Positions 23,266-33,481 of a DNA stretch of 41,200 nt are shown here, in pieces. The notes under the pieces are model-generated. The model did no database searches. It was not told the origin of the DNA and saw only the letters and a list, made by a program, of their open reading frames with translations. Numbering within the stretch: position 1 is the stretch's first letter; each line of letters opens with the position of its first letter. The position numbers and the translations under genes were made by a program. This DNA comes from a virus, in the IMG/VR virus record IMGVR_UViG_3300045598_000011; one strand, given 5' to 3'.

Positions 23266-23357
23266 TGCTTAAATTTCGGCCTTTTTGACTTACTTGCAGG
23301 CCTAAAAGAACAAGTTCGGAGTATACAGCCGACCGGGCTTAAAACGAGGGTGTATCT

Positions 23358-24020
23358 ATGTACAAAAAGTTAGTACAAAGAGGGCTTGTTAAAACTCATA
23401 GCTTGCCAATGATGTTGCAATTCTTTGCTGAACAAAGCGGTGAAGGTTCGGACGGTGCACCAAATACCGAATCAGAACAGCCTAACGATAGCGGAGAAAA
23501 GCAGAGCGAGCAACAAGCCAAGACTTTTACGCAAGATGAAGTAAACAAGATTGTTAGCCAACGTCTGGAGCGTCAAAAGGAACAGCTTAAGGCCAAGGAA
23601 GACGAGGCCAAGAAGCTGTCCCGTATGAATGCCGAGCAAAAGGCTAACTACGAACTGGAAAAGGCAAACAAGCGAGCGGAAGAAGCTGCTGCTAAACTGG
23701 CACGTTATGAAATGCGCGATAGTGCCAAGCAAATGTTGGCAGACGGCGGTTTCAGCAACGCTGATAATAGTCTGCTTGATCTGGTTGTAACTGACACCGC
23801 TGAAAGCACTCAGGAAAACGTGAACGTGCTGCTGACTGCGATTGAGGCGATTCGAGAAGACGAACGAAACAAGCTATTAGCGGGGAAGACGCCTAAGGTA
23901 GGCGGGAAAGAAATCAAGCCGGTATCAGCTCAAGAGCTTATCAAAATGAGCACGGCTGAACGGGTTAAGTTCCAACGCGAAAACCCCGCTGAGTATGCAC
24001 GTATTTTAGGAGGTAACTAA
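23358..24020 (+). CDS. Capsid scaffolding protein
   Basis: 220 aa, charged coiled-coil ([41 protein letters not shown]), directly upstream of the major capsid gene. Confidence 0.75.
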   Translation: MYKKLVQRGLVKTHSLPMMLQFFAEQSGEGSDGAPNTESEQPNDSGEKQSEQQAKTFTQDEVNKIVSQRLERQKEQLKAKEDEAKKLSRMNAEQKANYELEKANKRAEEAAAKLARYEMRDSAKQMLADGGFSNADNSLLDLVVTDTAESTQENVNVLLTAIEAIREDERNKLLAGKTPKVGGKEIKPVSAQELIKMSTAERVKFQRENPAEYARILGGN

Positions 24021-24022
24021 AA

Positions 24023-24853
24023 ATGGCAGATAACATGACTATGATTGCAGATCTGGTAAATCCAGAAGTTAATGCGCCAATCGTACAATACACGATGGAA
24101 CACGCAATGCGGTTTACGCCACTTGCGCAAGTTGATTCTACGTTGGTAGGCAACGCTGGCGACACGCTAAAGTTCCCTAAGTTCACCTACATTGGTGACG
24201 CCAAAAACATCGCCGAAGGTCAGGCAATCCCACTGGACAAGTTGGGCACTAAGACGGCTAGCGTTAAGGTACAGAAGGCTGCTAAGGGTACGCGAATCAC
24301 CGATGAAGCTGTTTTGTCCGGTTACGGCGATGTAATGGGTGAAACCAACCGCCAACTAGGCATGAGCATTGCTGATTTTGTTGATACGCAACTGCTGACT
24401 GCTGCTAAGGGTGGCACGCAGAAAGTTACGATTGCGCCAACGGTTGAAGGCTTGCAAACTGCGCTTGATATGTTCAACGATGAAGACGATTCTACGGTTG
24501 TAGCTGTCATGAGCCCTAAGACTGCATCTAAGCTGCGCATGGACGCAATCAACAAGAAAATGGGCAGCGAGGCCGGTGCAAACCAAGTGATCACCGGCAC
24601 TTACTATGATGTTCTGGGGGCACAAATCGTGCGTAGCAAGAAGCTAGCCGACACTGATATGATTTTGGTTAAGGCTAATGCAACTTCACCAGCGCTGAAG
24701 CTTGTCATGAAGCGTGGCGTTGCTGTTGAAACCCAACGCGATATCGTTACTAAATCTACGATTATCACGGCAGATGAACACTTTGCAGCTTATCTTTACG
24801 ATGATACGAAGGTAGTTGTCGCAACGGTTCAAGATGCAACTCCCGGCAAGTAG
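24023..24853 (+). CDS. Major capsid protein
   Basis: 276 aa, strong RBS TAGGAGG. Assigned from position after the scaffold and its size. Confidence 0.8.
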   Translation: MADNMTMIADLVNPEVNAPIVQYTMEHAMRFTPLAQVDSTLVGNAGDTLKFPKFTYIGDAKNIAEGQAIPLDKLGTKTASVKVQKAAKGTRITDEAVLSGYGDVMGETNRQLGMSIADFVDTQLLTAAKGGTQKVTIAPTVEGLQTALDMFNDEDDSTVVAVMSPKTASKLRMDAINKKMGSEAGANQVITGTYYDVLGAQIVRSKKLADTDMILVKANATSPALKLVMKRGVAVETQRDIVTKSTIITADEHFAAYLYDDTKVVVATVQDATPGK

Positions 24854-24863
24854 GTGATCTATC

Positions 24864-25223
24864 ATGGCAAGTCTTGACGATCTGAAAACAATGCTAGGGC
24901 TTGCGACTGATGACACAAGCCAAGATTCTGTTTTGGCGCTGATTCTGAAAAACACTGACTTACAACTGCGGTTTAAATTGGCTTTAGGCATTGGCGAGCA
25001 AGTGCCTAACGAATTAACCTATATCCCGATTGAAGTTGCTGTACGGCGCTATAATCGCTTAAAAAACGAGGGTATGGCGTCATACACTCAAGAAGGCGAA
25101 AGTATCACGTTTAACAGCAACGATTTCGATGATTTTCAAGCTGATATTGACGACTGGCGCAAGCGCCATAGCCAAGATGTTTTAATCACGGTTGACCCGT
25201 TCTATCGAAAGCGGGGCGATTAA
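24864..25223 (+). CDS. Head-tail connector protein (gp6-like)
   Basis: N-terminus MASLDDLKTMLGLATDDTSQDSVLALILKN is typical of the Phage_connect_1 family; position supports it. Confidence 0.65.
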   Translation: MASLDDLKTMLGLATDDTSQDSVLALILKNTDLQLRFKLALGIGEQVPNELTYIPIEVAVRRYNRLKNEGMASYTQEGESITFNSNDFDDFQADIDDWRKRHSQDVLITVDPFYRKRGD

Positions 25224-25532
25224 ATGCGTTTTGACCACGTTATCAAGTTCTTTGATAAGTCTGAACGGCACTATGACCCCAAAACACATGGTTATGTAGG
25301 CGGAGAAAAGCTAGTTTCAGCCTTGCATGGCAATGTAACTGATGTTGGCACGGTTAAGTCGGTGCAATTGTTTGGCGACTATAAACAGAACAGTCTAGTG
25401 ATACGGCTTTATGCTGCACCGCCTAAGTGGTCCTATCTGACCATTGATGATGGAAAGCAAAAGTATGTATTGCAGACAATGCGAAAACCGTTAAAACTGA
25501 TCACTTTGATTGTGGGTGAAAGCGATGGCTAG
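25224..25532 (+). CDS. Head closure / head-tail adaptor protein
   Basis: 102 aa; assigned from position and size. Confidence 0.55.
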   Translation: MRFDHVIKFFDKSERHYDPKTHGYVGGEKLVSALHGNVTDVGTVKSVQLFGDYKQNSLVIRLYAAPPKWSYLTIDDGKQKYVLQTMRKPLKLITLIVGESDG

Positions 25533-25902
25533 AATTACGTTTCAGCTTAAAGGCGCTAGGGAGCTACAACGAGCAATCGCCAAGCGACCTATGATGATGG
25601 CAACGCAAACGAAAACAATTGTAGCCAAACATGGTGCACTTCTTGAGAAGAAAACGGCACAGAATATGGATGCTACTTACTTGTCAAAAGAACAAGGCGG
25701 GTATTCAATCGGCACTACTAGGCGTTCGTTATCTACAACGTTCTCTAACGCTGGCATGACAGTAGCCGTTGCGCCAGACACTGAGTATTTTCCATATCTG
25801 GAATTTGGTACTCGGTTCATGTCGGCACGGCCTACGCTTAAACCGGCATTTGCGTACCAGAGTGTTCAGTTTGTTAACGATCTTAAAAAGATGATGAAGT
25901 AA
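25525..25902 (+). CDS. HK97 gp10-family tail/neck protein
   Basis: MARITFQLKGARELQRAI...PDTEYFPYLEFGTRFMSARPTLKPAF matches the gp10-family pattern. Confidence 0.7.
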   Translation: MARITFQLKGARELQRAIAKRPMMMATQTKTIVAKHGALLEKKTAQNMDATYLSKEQGGYSIGTTRRSLSTTFSNAGMTVAVAPDTEYFPYLEFGTRFMSARPTLKPAFAYQSVQFVNDLKKMMK

Positions 25903-25917
25903 GAAAGGAGCACGGCC

Positions 25918-26310
25918 ATGATACCTGAACAGGAACTATTCGACACGGTCTTTTCAAAAGCACAAGAGCTAGGCTATACCGTGTATGATCATTTGCCACT
26001 AGAGAGCGAGAATGCCCCATACCCGTTCGTTAACGTTGGTGATGTAAATTCCACCATTAGTCCGTATAAGGACGCCTACGGGGCTAGAATCGATATCACG
26101 CTTAACGTGTGGGACACCGGAGAAAATCGCTACAACGTCGCAAAAATGATGCACGCCTTGTCTGCTATCGGACAGGGTGTTTTACTTTCCGAAAATTTCC
26201 GGTTCGTGGGTCGGCCGTCGCTTAACAGCAATCAAATTATTACTGACACAAGCGTTGCCGATACCGTGTTAATGCACGGCATTGTGTCGCTTGTTTTTCA
26301 ACTGAGTTAG
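25918..26310 (+). CDS. Tail terminator / tail completion protein (DUF3168-like)
   Basis: 130 aa; ...VYDHLP...APYPFVNVGD... pattern. Sits upstream of the major tail gene. Confidence 0.6.
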   Translation: MIPEQELFDTVFSKAQELGYTVYDHLPLESENAPYPFVNVGDVNSTISPYKDAYGARIDITLNVWDTGENRYNVAKMMHALSAIGQGVLLSENFRFVGRPSLNSNQIITDTSVADTVLMHGIVSLVFQLS

Positions 26311-26320
26311 GAGTGAGAGA

Positions 26321-26905
26321 ATGGCAAACGATTTAGAACAAATCCAAGGTGTTAATGTCGTTGTCTATGCCCGCAAGCTGGCGGAAGCTGCTAAAGTTGC
26401 CGGTCAGCTTATCCCGTATCAGACAAGTTTAAACATTGACCCACAGCGTGATTCTGACAAAAAGAAAACTAAGTCTGGCACGGTAACTACCACGTCAAGC
26501 TTGGAAACTGATTTCAAGTTTGAATTTGTGAACAACTGGTCCAAGATTGCCGATCAGTTGCTTGATTCTATTTTCGATAACGAAGAAATGGAGTTCTGGG
26601 CTGTTAACCGACAACGTAAAAATTCTGAAGGGCAATATTATGCTTTGTATTTGCGCGGTAAGGTAACCGAAGACAGCAACGACAACGATCCGGACGATGT
26701 TTCAAGCCGTGAAACGACTATCACGGTTGATTATGGCCCGGTTCGTGGTTGGGTAACACTGAGCGAAGAGCAAGAAGCCGAATTGGCTTACATTTTCCGT
26801 GGCATTGGCGCAATCGAAGGTTCGCCAAAGAACGATGGTACTGATGGCGCTGGTAAGGCTTGGAACAAAGAAACTGACGCCGGTCAAGGCGTTAGCGACA
26901 ACTAG
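26321..26905 (+). CDS. Major tail (tube) protein
   Basis: 194 aa. Sits directly before the chaperone pair and the tape measure. Confidence 0.75.
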   Translation: MANDLEQIQGVNVVVYARKLAEAAKVAGQLIPYQTSLNIDPQRDSDKKKTKSGTVTTTSSLETDFKFEFVNNWSKIADQLLDSIFDNEEMEFWAVNRQRKNSEGQYYALYLRGKVTEDSNDNDPDDVSSRETTITVDYGPVRGWVTLSEEQEAELAYIFRGIGAIEGSPKNDGTDGAGKAWNKETDAGQGVSDN

Positions 26906-26916
26906 GAGGACTATTA

Positions 26917-27264
26917 ATGCAAATCAAAGTTAAAAACAAAGATGTCAACCTTAATTTTGGCGTTCGCTTTATTCGTGAGCTTGATCGAAAAATCGGCATG
27001 ACGCTTGATATTAAAGGCGTTGAACAAAATTTCGGTATGGCACTAACTAAAGCTGTTCCCGCATTACGAAGCTATGATGTTGCCGTACTGGCAGATTTGC
27101 TTTACTGTGCTGCGTGGGACAATAAGGAACGACCATCGCAAAGCGATATTGATGCATACCTTGATGATAAGAAAACAAACATCGATAAGCTGTTCGATGA
27201 CGTCACTAAGGAGCTGAAATTGAGCAACGCTGCGCGAACTGCGACAAAAAACCTGAAAGCCTAG
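26917..27264 (+). CDS. Tail assembly chaperone (gpG analogue)
   Basis: 115 aa. Ends 10 nt after the slippery heptamer A_AAA_AAC. Confidence 0.8.
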   Translation: MQIKVKNKDVNLNFGVRFIRELDRKIGMTLDIKGVEQNFGMALTKAVPALRSYDVAVLADLLYCAAWDNKERPSQSDIDAYLDDKKTNIDKLFDDVTKELKLSNAARTATKNLKA

Positions 27265-27698
27265 ATAGTCAAGAGGACGACCAGACTAGCGAAGAAACAT
27301 ATCGCATGATTCTGGTCAACTGCCTGGCATATCTAGGCTTTAACGATGTAAAACAGGCAGAGCGTATCACGCTGGCTGAGTATCAACTACGGCTAGAAGC
27401 GTACGAACTGCGAGCGATTCGCAAACGTGAAGACCAGGCATATCAAGCGTGGTACAACTATGCCGTTCAGGCAACCACTGGCGGGAAAAATCCAAAGTGG
27501 AAATACGCATCTGTTCAGAAGTTTCTCAAAGATGTTGGTATTACCAAGTCGTTATCGGCGGTTAACGCCCAATATGGACGTTCTAACGGCAATGATAAGG
27601 AAAACACCACGAAACTGTTTCAACGGCGCTACAAGGAATTCAGAGAGCTTAAAAAACGTGGTCTGATTGACATGCAAGCATGGAAAGGTGGCGGTTAG
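26917..27698 (+). CDS. Tail assembly chaperone -1 frameshift fusion product (gpGT analogue)
   Basis: After a -1 slip at 27246-27252 the frame reads KKPESLDSQEDDQTSEETYRMILVN... with no stop into ORF 27306-27698. Confidence 0.7.
27246..27252 (+). promoter_or_regulatory. Programmed -1 ribosomal frameshift slippery site A_AAA_AAC
   Basis: Zero-frame codons are ACA AAA AAC. The -1 frame is open from here to 27698. Confidence 0.75.
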
Positions 27699-27699
27699 A

Positions 27700-30429
27700 A
27701 TGGCACAAGAAATGAGTATCGAGGCGATTCTTTCCGCCGTCGATCAAAATTTCACCAAAACGATGGAAGCTGCTGTTGATAGTCTTAGCAAAGTCGTTGG
27801 TCAAAGCAACCAAACGGCAAGCGCTACAACATCAGCAACTAGTTCTGTAAAGAATCTCGCAACGTCTTTGGGGCTTGTTGCTGTTGCTGGCAAGGCGTTT
27901 AGTGTTGTTAAAGATTCGATTGGCGGGGCTATTGATCGTTTCGACACGCTTAACAAGTACCCGGTTGTCATGGACGCGTTGGGGTATTCGGCACGAGATG
28001 TTGCCAAATCCAGTAAGTTAATGCAAAAGGGCATTGATGGATTGCCAACGTCATTACAAGACATCACTTCCGTTGCACAGCAGTTAGCACCATTGACGGG
28101 TAGCGCGACAAAGGCTAGCAAGTCGGCGTTAGCCCTTAACAACGCCTTTCTGGCAAGTGGGGCAAGCGTTGCTGATACTAGTCGGGGTCTGCAACAGTAT
28201 ACGCAAATGTTGTCAACTGGCAAAGTCGATATGATGAGCTACCGGACGTTAATGGAAACTATGCCTATCGCGCTGCGTAAGGTCGCAAACGCTTTTGGTT
28301 TCACGGGAAAATCTGCTGAACAGGACCTTTATAACGCACTGCAAAGCGGGCAAATATCAGTTGACCAGTTGAACGATAAATTTATCGAGCTTAACAAGGG
28401 GCAAAACGGTTTTGCACAACTTGCGAAGAAAAACAGTGCCGGGATTGCAACGAGTTTTGCGAACTTGAAAGCTAGTGTCGTAAAGAACCTTGGAAACATG
28501 CTAACTGCCATTAACAATGGTTTTAGCAAAGCTGGTTTTGGTTCTATTGCGCAAGTGCTTGACAACATGAAAGTCGGTATTAACGGAGCTTTTACCGCTA
28601 TAACGCCAATTGTTACGCAAGCAACAACGGTTATCTTAAACTCGCTGAGATCAATGTTTGATTTCGTCAACGCTAACAAAAATTGGCTTACACCGCTAGT
28701 CCTTGGAGTTGGTGCATTTGTTGGACAAATGATGTTGCTGAAGAACGCTATATCGTTTGTAGATACCGTTAAAACTTTTGTTGCGTCATTTAAAACGATC
28801 ATGCAGACCATTTCTTCAATCGAAAAGCTTAATGCTGCTTTAGCTGCTTTCGGTGGTGTGAAAATGGTAGCGATTGCGGCTATTATTGCAATTGTGGCTG
28901 CATTAGTCTATTTCTTCACTCAAACTGAAAAAGGGCGCCAAATGTGGCAATCTTTTGTTTCGTGGTTATCAAATGCATGGCAAACACTATCGACAATCGC
29001 TACATCTGTTTGGGGGAAAATTAGCGATGTTGTTAGCGTTGCTTGTAACACGGTAAAAAATGTATTGAGTGGTGTCAGCCAAACTATTCAAGGATTTATA
29101 ACCAAAATGGGCGGCATTGGCAGTATTGCTTCTACGATTGTTAGCACCTTAACCAAAATAGGATTAGCCGCATTAGGAATTTCTGGCCCTTGGGGACTTG
29201 CTGCGGGGGCTGTCATTAGTTTTGTAACAGCTTGGTTGCAAACCGGACAGCTAAACGCAGATGGTATTACTCAAGTTTTCGACCAGTTAAGCAATACTAT
29301 CACGAACGTAACTAATGCTATTGTCGCAAACATTCCGCTGATTGTCGGAATGATAACTAATGTCATTGTAGGTATTGCAAACAGCATTTCTGAGAACCTT
29401 CCACAAATCATTGCCGTTGGCACACAGATTATTACGTCGTTGACCACAGCGATTACAGCTGCGTTGCCACTACTGATAGTTGCGGGCGTACAGATTCTGA
29501 TTGCGCTTATCAATACTATAGTTGCAAGTTTGCCAATGATCATTACGGCTGGTCTGCAAATTATCATGGCACTTGCTAACGCCATTGTTACCGTATTGCC
29601 AATGCTTATTACGGCCGGCGTGCAAATCATTATGGCACTTGCTAATGCTATTATTAGCAATTTGCCACAGATCATTGAAGCTGGGGTAGAGATTCTTACA
29701 GCGTTAATTAATGGTATTGCACAAGTGCTGCCATTGCTTGTGGTTAGTGCGTTACAAATCATTGTTGCATTAGCAGGGGCTATCATTAGCAACTTACCGC
29801 AGATTATAGCGGCAGGGGTACAAATTATAGCTGCTTTGATAAAAGGTATTCTGCAAATGATGGGCGGCTTAGGCAGCGCAATGGCGCAAGTCGGGCGTAA
29901 GATCATTAATTCGGTTGCTCATATTGATTTATCGGCTAACGGTAAGGCAATTATGGACAGTCTTTTAAGAGGTCTTAAACAGGCTTGGGAAAGTGTTAAG
30001 TCATTTGTCAGTGGAATAACAAAATGGTTCCCGAAGCACAAAGGCCCTATCAGTGTCGACAGGCGTTTGCTGATTCCCGCCGGTCATGCAATTATGAACG
30101 GTCTGGGCAACGGGTTAGTTGATGGTTTTAGCGATGTTCAGAAGTCCGTTTTGGCAATGAACAAGCAGATTACTGACGCAATGCAACCTGATGTATCTGG
30201 TTTCGCTAACCGCTTGAACGGTATGGCGAGCGATGTACAATCGCGGTTTGCCGGTTCACTGACTATGCAAGACAGCACTTTGCAAATGCGAAACAACGCG
30301 CTTTTGCGCCAGATTGCAGGTAAAGATACAACGATGATTCTTGATTCTGGCGTGCTTGTCGGTGCAACAGCTGGCAGTTACGATCAACGATTAGGGCAAC
30401 GAACGGCATTAAAGGATAGGTGGAGTTAA
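27700..30429 (+). CDS. Tail tape measure protein
   Basis: 909 aa from ATG 27700 (RBS AAAGGTGG). Hydrophobic, Ala/Ile/Leu-rich repeat core. Position follows G/GT. Confidence 0.9.
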   Translation: MAQEMSIEAILSAVDQNFTKTMEAAVDSLSKVVGQSNQTASATTSATSSVKNLATSLGLVAVAGKAFSVVKDSIGGAIDRFDTLNKYPVVMDALGYSARDVAKSSKLMQKGIDGLPTSLQDITSVAQQLAPLTGSATKASKSALALNNAFLASGASVADTSRGLQQYTQMLSTGKVDMMSYRTLMETMPIALRKVANAFGFTGKSAEQDLYNALQSGQISVDQLNDKFIELNKGQNGFAQLAKKNSAGIATSFANLKASVVKNLGNMLTAINNGFSKAGFGSIAQVLDNMKVGINGAFTAITPIVTQATTVILNSLRSMFDFVNANKNWLTPLVLGVGAFVGQMMLLKNAISFVDTVKTFVASFKTIMQTISSIEKLNAALAAFGGVKMVAIAAIIAIVAALVYFFTQTEKGRQMWQSFVSWLSNAWQTLSTIATSVWGKISDVVSVACNTVKNVLSGVSQTIQGFITKMGGIGSIASTIVSTLTKIGLAALGISGPWGLAAGAVISFVTAWLQTGQLNADGITQVFDQLSNTITNVTNAIVANIPLIVGMITNVIVGIANSISENLPQIIAVGTQIITSLTTAITAALPLLIVAGVQILIALINTIVASLPMIITAGLQIIMALANAIVTVLPMLITAGVQIIMALANAIISNLPQIIEAGVEILTALINGIAQVLPLLVVSALQIIVALAGAIISNLPQIIAAGVQIIAALIKGILQMMGGLGSAMAQVGRKIINSVAHIDLSANGKAIMDSLLRGLKQAWESVKSFVSGITKWFPKHKGPISVDRRLLIPAGHAIMNGLGNGLVDGFSDVQKSVLAMNKQITDAMQPDVSGFANRLNGMASDVQSRFAGSLTMQDSTLQMRNNALLRQIAGKDTTMILDSGVLVGATAGSYDQRLGQRTALKDRWS
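29398..29850. repeat. About seven tandem ~66-nt (22-aa) repeats inside the tape measure gene
   Basis: The LPxIIxAGVQIIxALxNAIxxx units are read directly. Units at 29530-29595 and 29596-29661 are near-identical at the DNA level. Confidence 0.8.
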
Positions 30430-31190
30430 TGGAATTTATATTCAGAGATTTACCGCCAACCGATGTTGACGTTGACACGTTGCCAAACGTTGAAGGCTTC
30501 GCTTTCGCTGAATTCGATAGCGTCAAATCTGGTTGGTGGTTGACCGAACGGACAGCACCAACGCCGGAAGAACAAGAAATCACTGAAAGCGTGCCGTATC
30601 GTCAAGGCAGCTATGATTTTTCGATGATTGATAACGAGCGGTTCTTCAACAATCGAGAAATCACCTACAAGCTGTTGTATGTCGGCGAAGAGTATCACAA
30701 CCGCAAAGGCTTTGAACAAGAGCTAAAACGGCAACTAATGCCCCACAACTGGGGCAAGTTGGTTGATACTCACGAGCCGGTTTATTACTGGTGGGCCAAG
30801 TGCAAGAGCGTTGAAGTTGACGATAGCAGCGACGGTGAAACGCTTGAAGCGTCAATCGTGTTCACTGCATATCCTTATGCTTACACGAACCACAACGAAG
30901 GCGCCGACTATTGGGACGATGTATTTTTCCCGCACTGGATATGGCAACAAGTTAAGTTCAGCGTTAACGGCAGTCAGGACGTCAATGTTAAAAATATTGG
31001 CTCACGACCGGTGCTATCGTCATTCGTTGTAACAGGAAACGTCAAGGCAAAAGGAAGTTTCGGCGAAGTGTCGCTTAATGAAGGTAACTACAAGCAAACG
31101 CAAGTAGTTCTTGATATTGGCGATAACAAAATTAATTTGTCTGGGAATGGCACAATCGAGTTTGTTTTTAAGCGTGAGGAGATGGTTTAA
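30429..31190 (+). CDS. Distal tail protein (Dit, Sipho_tail-like)
   Basis: Start trimmed to MEFIFRDL, after RBS AGGTGGAG. Position is between the tape measure and Tal. Confidence 0.75.
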   Translation: MEFIFRDLPPTDVDVDTLPNVEGFAFAEFDSVKSGWWLTERTAPTPEEQEITESVPYRQGSYDFSMIDNERFFNNREITYKLLYVGEEYHNRKGFEQELKRQLMPHNWGKLVDTHEPVYYWWAKCKSVEVDDSSDGETLEASIVFTAYPYAYTNHNEGADYWDDVFFPHWIWQQVKFSVNGSQDVNVKNIGSRPVLSSFVVTGNVKAKGSFGEVSLNEGNYKQTQVVLDIGDNKINLSGNGTIEFVFKREEMV

Positions 31191-33481
31191 TGTATCGCAT
31201 TATCGGCTACAACGAACCAACCGACAAAAACGGCTTTATCGTGCTTGATCAGCGAGTAAATCGCACGGTCAGCGAAGGCAAGTTGACGATTAAAGAAACC
31301 GATATTGATGATCTGGAGTTAACAGTTAATCGTGATAACTTGCTGTTTGACAATGTTCGACCAATGCACACGCACGTTGAAGTCTACGATGACGATAAAC
31401 TGCTGTTTCGTGGCCGGGCAATCAAGCCGAAGAAAGAAATGCAATCAAGCGGACGCTTTATCAGAACGTACACGTTTGAAGACATTGAAGCGTATCTGTT
31501 AGATAGCGTTCAGCGGTTTTATGAAGCCGTTGGGTTAACCCCGAAAGAGTTTCTGCAATCGCTGCTTGATGTTCACAATAGCCAAGTACCACAGTATAAG
31601 CAATTCAAACTGCGTAACTGTAACGTTACCAACAACAAAGACGATGCTTATCGGCAAATCGACTACCCGAAAACACGGGACGCAATCAAAGACAAGCTGA
31701 TTAACGAGCTGGGCGGGTATCTGGTAACTGAGTACAAGCAGGACGGCCCGAACATGCTTGACTATGTAACTGACATCGGCAACGATCATAAGAACGATAC
31801 GCCGATTCAGTTAGCAGTTAACATGCAATCAGCAAGCCTTACGATTGACCCTACAAAGGTCATTACCCGTGTGATTCCGTTGGGTAAGCAACTTGATGCG
31901 CAAACCGTTGATGTTAGTGGTGAAAACTCAACCGTAACAACTGGCGGTGGGGCGACGACTGCTATTAATGGCGATTGGACAGAGGCCGTTAAACATGCTG
32001 CTAAGATGATGGACGTCAACCTTGACCAGAACGGGTTGAACGCTGTTTTAAGGCGTATCAATCAGGAATCTGGGGGTAGTGAAACGGTAACGAACAACTG
32101 GGACAGTAACGCACGGGCAGGGCACCCGTCAACAGGGCTGTTGCAGTATATTCAACCAACTTTTGATTCCTGGAAGGTGCAAGGCTATGAAGATATCCAC
32201 AAAGGCTTTCACCAGCTTTTAGCGTTATTTAACGATTCGAACTGGCTTGCTGATATTTCGCGTGCCGGTGGTTGGGGTCCAACTGGTACTCGACGGGTTA
32301 ATGGTCCAGTTACTGATACCACAACCGAAACACTCACAAATGGTTGGGGCTGGCCGTTCCCTAATGTTGGTGAAGGTAGTTTCAGCCAAGCGCAACGATT
32401 CGGTTATGACGGCGGTTATCGTACTAACAGTTTTCATGATGGTTTGGATTTCGGTTCGGTTGACCACCCAGGAAGTGAAGTCCATGCCATTCACGGCGGA
32501 ACGGTTGTCTTCAAAGGCTACATGGGCGGGCTTGGTAACTACGTTGTAACGCATAGTACAGACGGTTTTAACATTGTCTATCAAGAAGCGTTCAGCAGTG
32601 CCAGTCAGATTCGCGTCAATATTGGTGATAAGGTCAAAACCGGCGATGTTATCGGTTGGCGAAACACCGACCACTTGCACGTTGGTGTTACTAAGGCCGA
32701 TTTTTATGAAGCGGTCAAGAAGTCGTTCACGAACGATGGCACTTGGTTAGACCCGCAAGCACTGATTAAGAACGGCGGCGATGGCTCACAATCCGAAGAC
32801 GAGAGTAAAAAAGAAGAGGTCAGCAACTCAAATGCTGCTAGGCCAAAACTAACGATTACTAGCGTCAACGAAGGGCGCGATTATATCGATATACCAGATT
32901 TACAAAAAGAGTTTGGCATTATCAACGGCACAATCGAGTTTAACGAAGTAACCGATGCTAACGACTTAATGAACCAAGCGAAAGCATGGATTGACGCACA
33001 ACGAGTGCCAGAGAGCTGGGAAGTCAGCGCGGTTGAGCTGAACTTGCCTAACTTTGATCATTTCAAAGTTGCCGACCGGTATATGTTTATCAACCCGTAT
33101 GTAGCGCAATCGCAGTTGCTGCGAGTTGTGCAAAAAGAAGTTGATCTACTGCAACCGCACAAGTCAACGCTGACTATCGGCGATAAGTCGTTAGGGCTGA
33201 CCGATTATCAGCTAGAAACGAGCCGTCAAGCGCAAGATTTGGAGCGGGTTAAGGTTATCGTTAGCCGTGTTGCTGAGATTCAAGCGAGCGGTCAGGCGGA
33301 CACGTCAAGCACGACTACAATTGTCCAGAGTGGGGCAAGTAGCCAAGACGTAACGCAACTTAAGTTTGACATGCAGCAACTGCAATCAATCATTAACGAT
33401 AAGATACCGGCGGGCTATGTATCGCAAGCTGATTTTGACAAGTTAAAAGCCGAAGTTGATAAGCTGAAAGGGGCAAGCTAA
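31190..33481 (+). CDS. Tail-associated lysin (Tal) with lytic transglycosylase-like and M23 peptidase domains
   Basis: SLT-like is INQESGGSETVTNNWDSNARAGHPSTGLLQYIQPTF. M23 is HDGLDFGS...VHAIHGGTVVF...DHLHVGV. Confidence 0.85.
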   Translation: MYRIIGYNEPTDKNGFIVLDQRVNRTVSEGKLTIKETDIDDLELTVNRDNLLFDNVRPMHTHVEVYDDDKLLFRGRAIKPKKEMQSSGRFIRTYTFEDIEAYLLDSVQRFYEAVGLTPKEFLQSLLDVHNSQVPQYKQFKLRNCNVTNNKDDAYRQIDYPKTRDAIKDKLINELGGYLVTEYKQDGPNMLDYVTDIGNDHKNDTPIQLAVNMQSASLTIDPTKVITRVIPLGKQLDAQTVDVSGENSTVTTGGGATTAINGDWTEAVKHAAKMMDVNLDQNGLNAVLRRINQESGGSETVTNNWDSNARAGHPSTGLLQYIQPTFDSWKVQGYEDIHKGFHQLLALFNDSNWLADISRAGGWGPTGTRRVNGPVTDTTTETLTNGWGWPFPNVGEGSFSQAQRFGYDGGYRTNSFHDGLDFGSVDHPGSEVHAIHGGTVVFKGYMGGLGNYVVTHSTDGFNIVYQEAFSSASQIRVNIGDKVKTGDVIGWRNTDHLHVGVTKADFYEAVKKSFTNDGTWLDPQALIKNGGDGSQSEDESKKEEVSNSNAARPKLTITSVNEGRDYIDIPDLQKEFGIINGTIEFNEVTDANDLMNQAKAWIDAQRVPESWEVSAVELNLPNFDHFKVADRYMFINPYVAQSQLLRVVQKEVDLLQPHKSTLTIGDKSLGLTDYQLETSRQAQDLERVKVIVSRVAEIQASGQADTSSTTTIVQSGASSQDVTQLKFDMQQLQSIINDKIPAGYVSQADFDKLKAEVDKLKGAS

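Noticed and set aside
27801-29906. Long minus-strand ORFs (27801-28223, 28329-28811, 29271-29906) inside the tape measure gene
   Set aside because: They are mirror-frame artefacts of the Ala/Ile/Leu-rich repetitive tape measure coding sequence. They have no RBS and a low-complexity composition, and the plus-strand gene is unambiguous.
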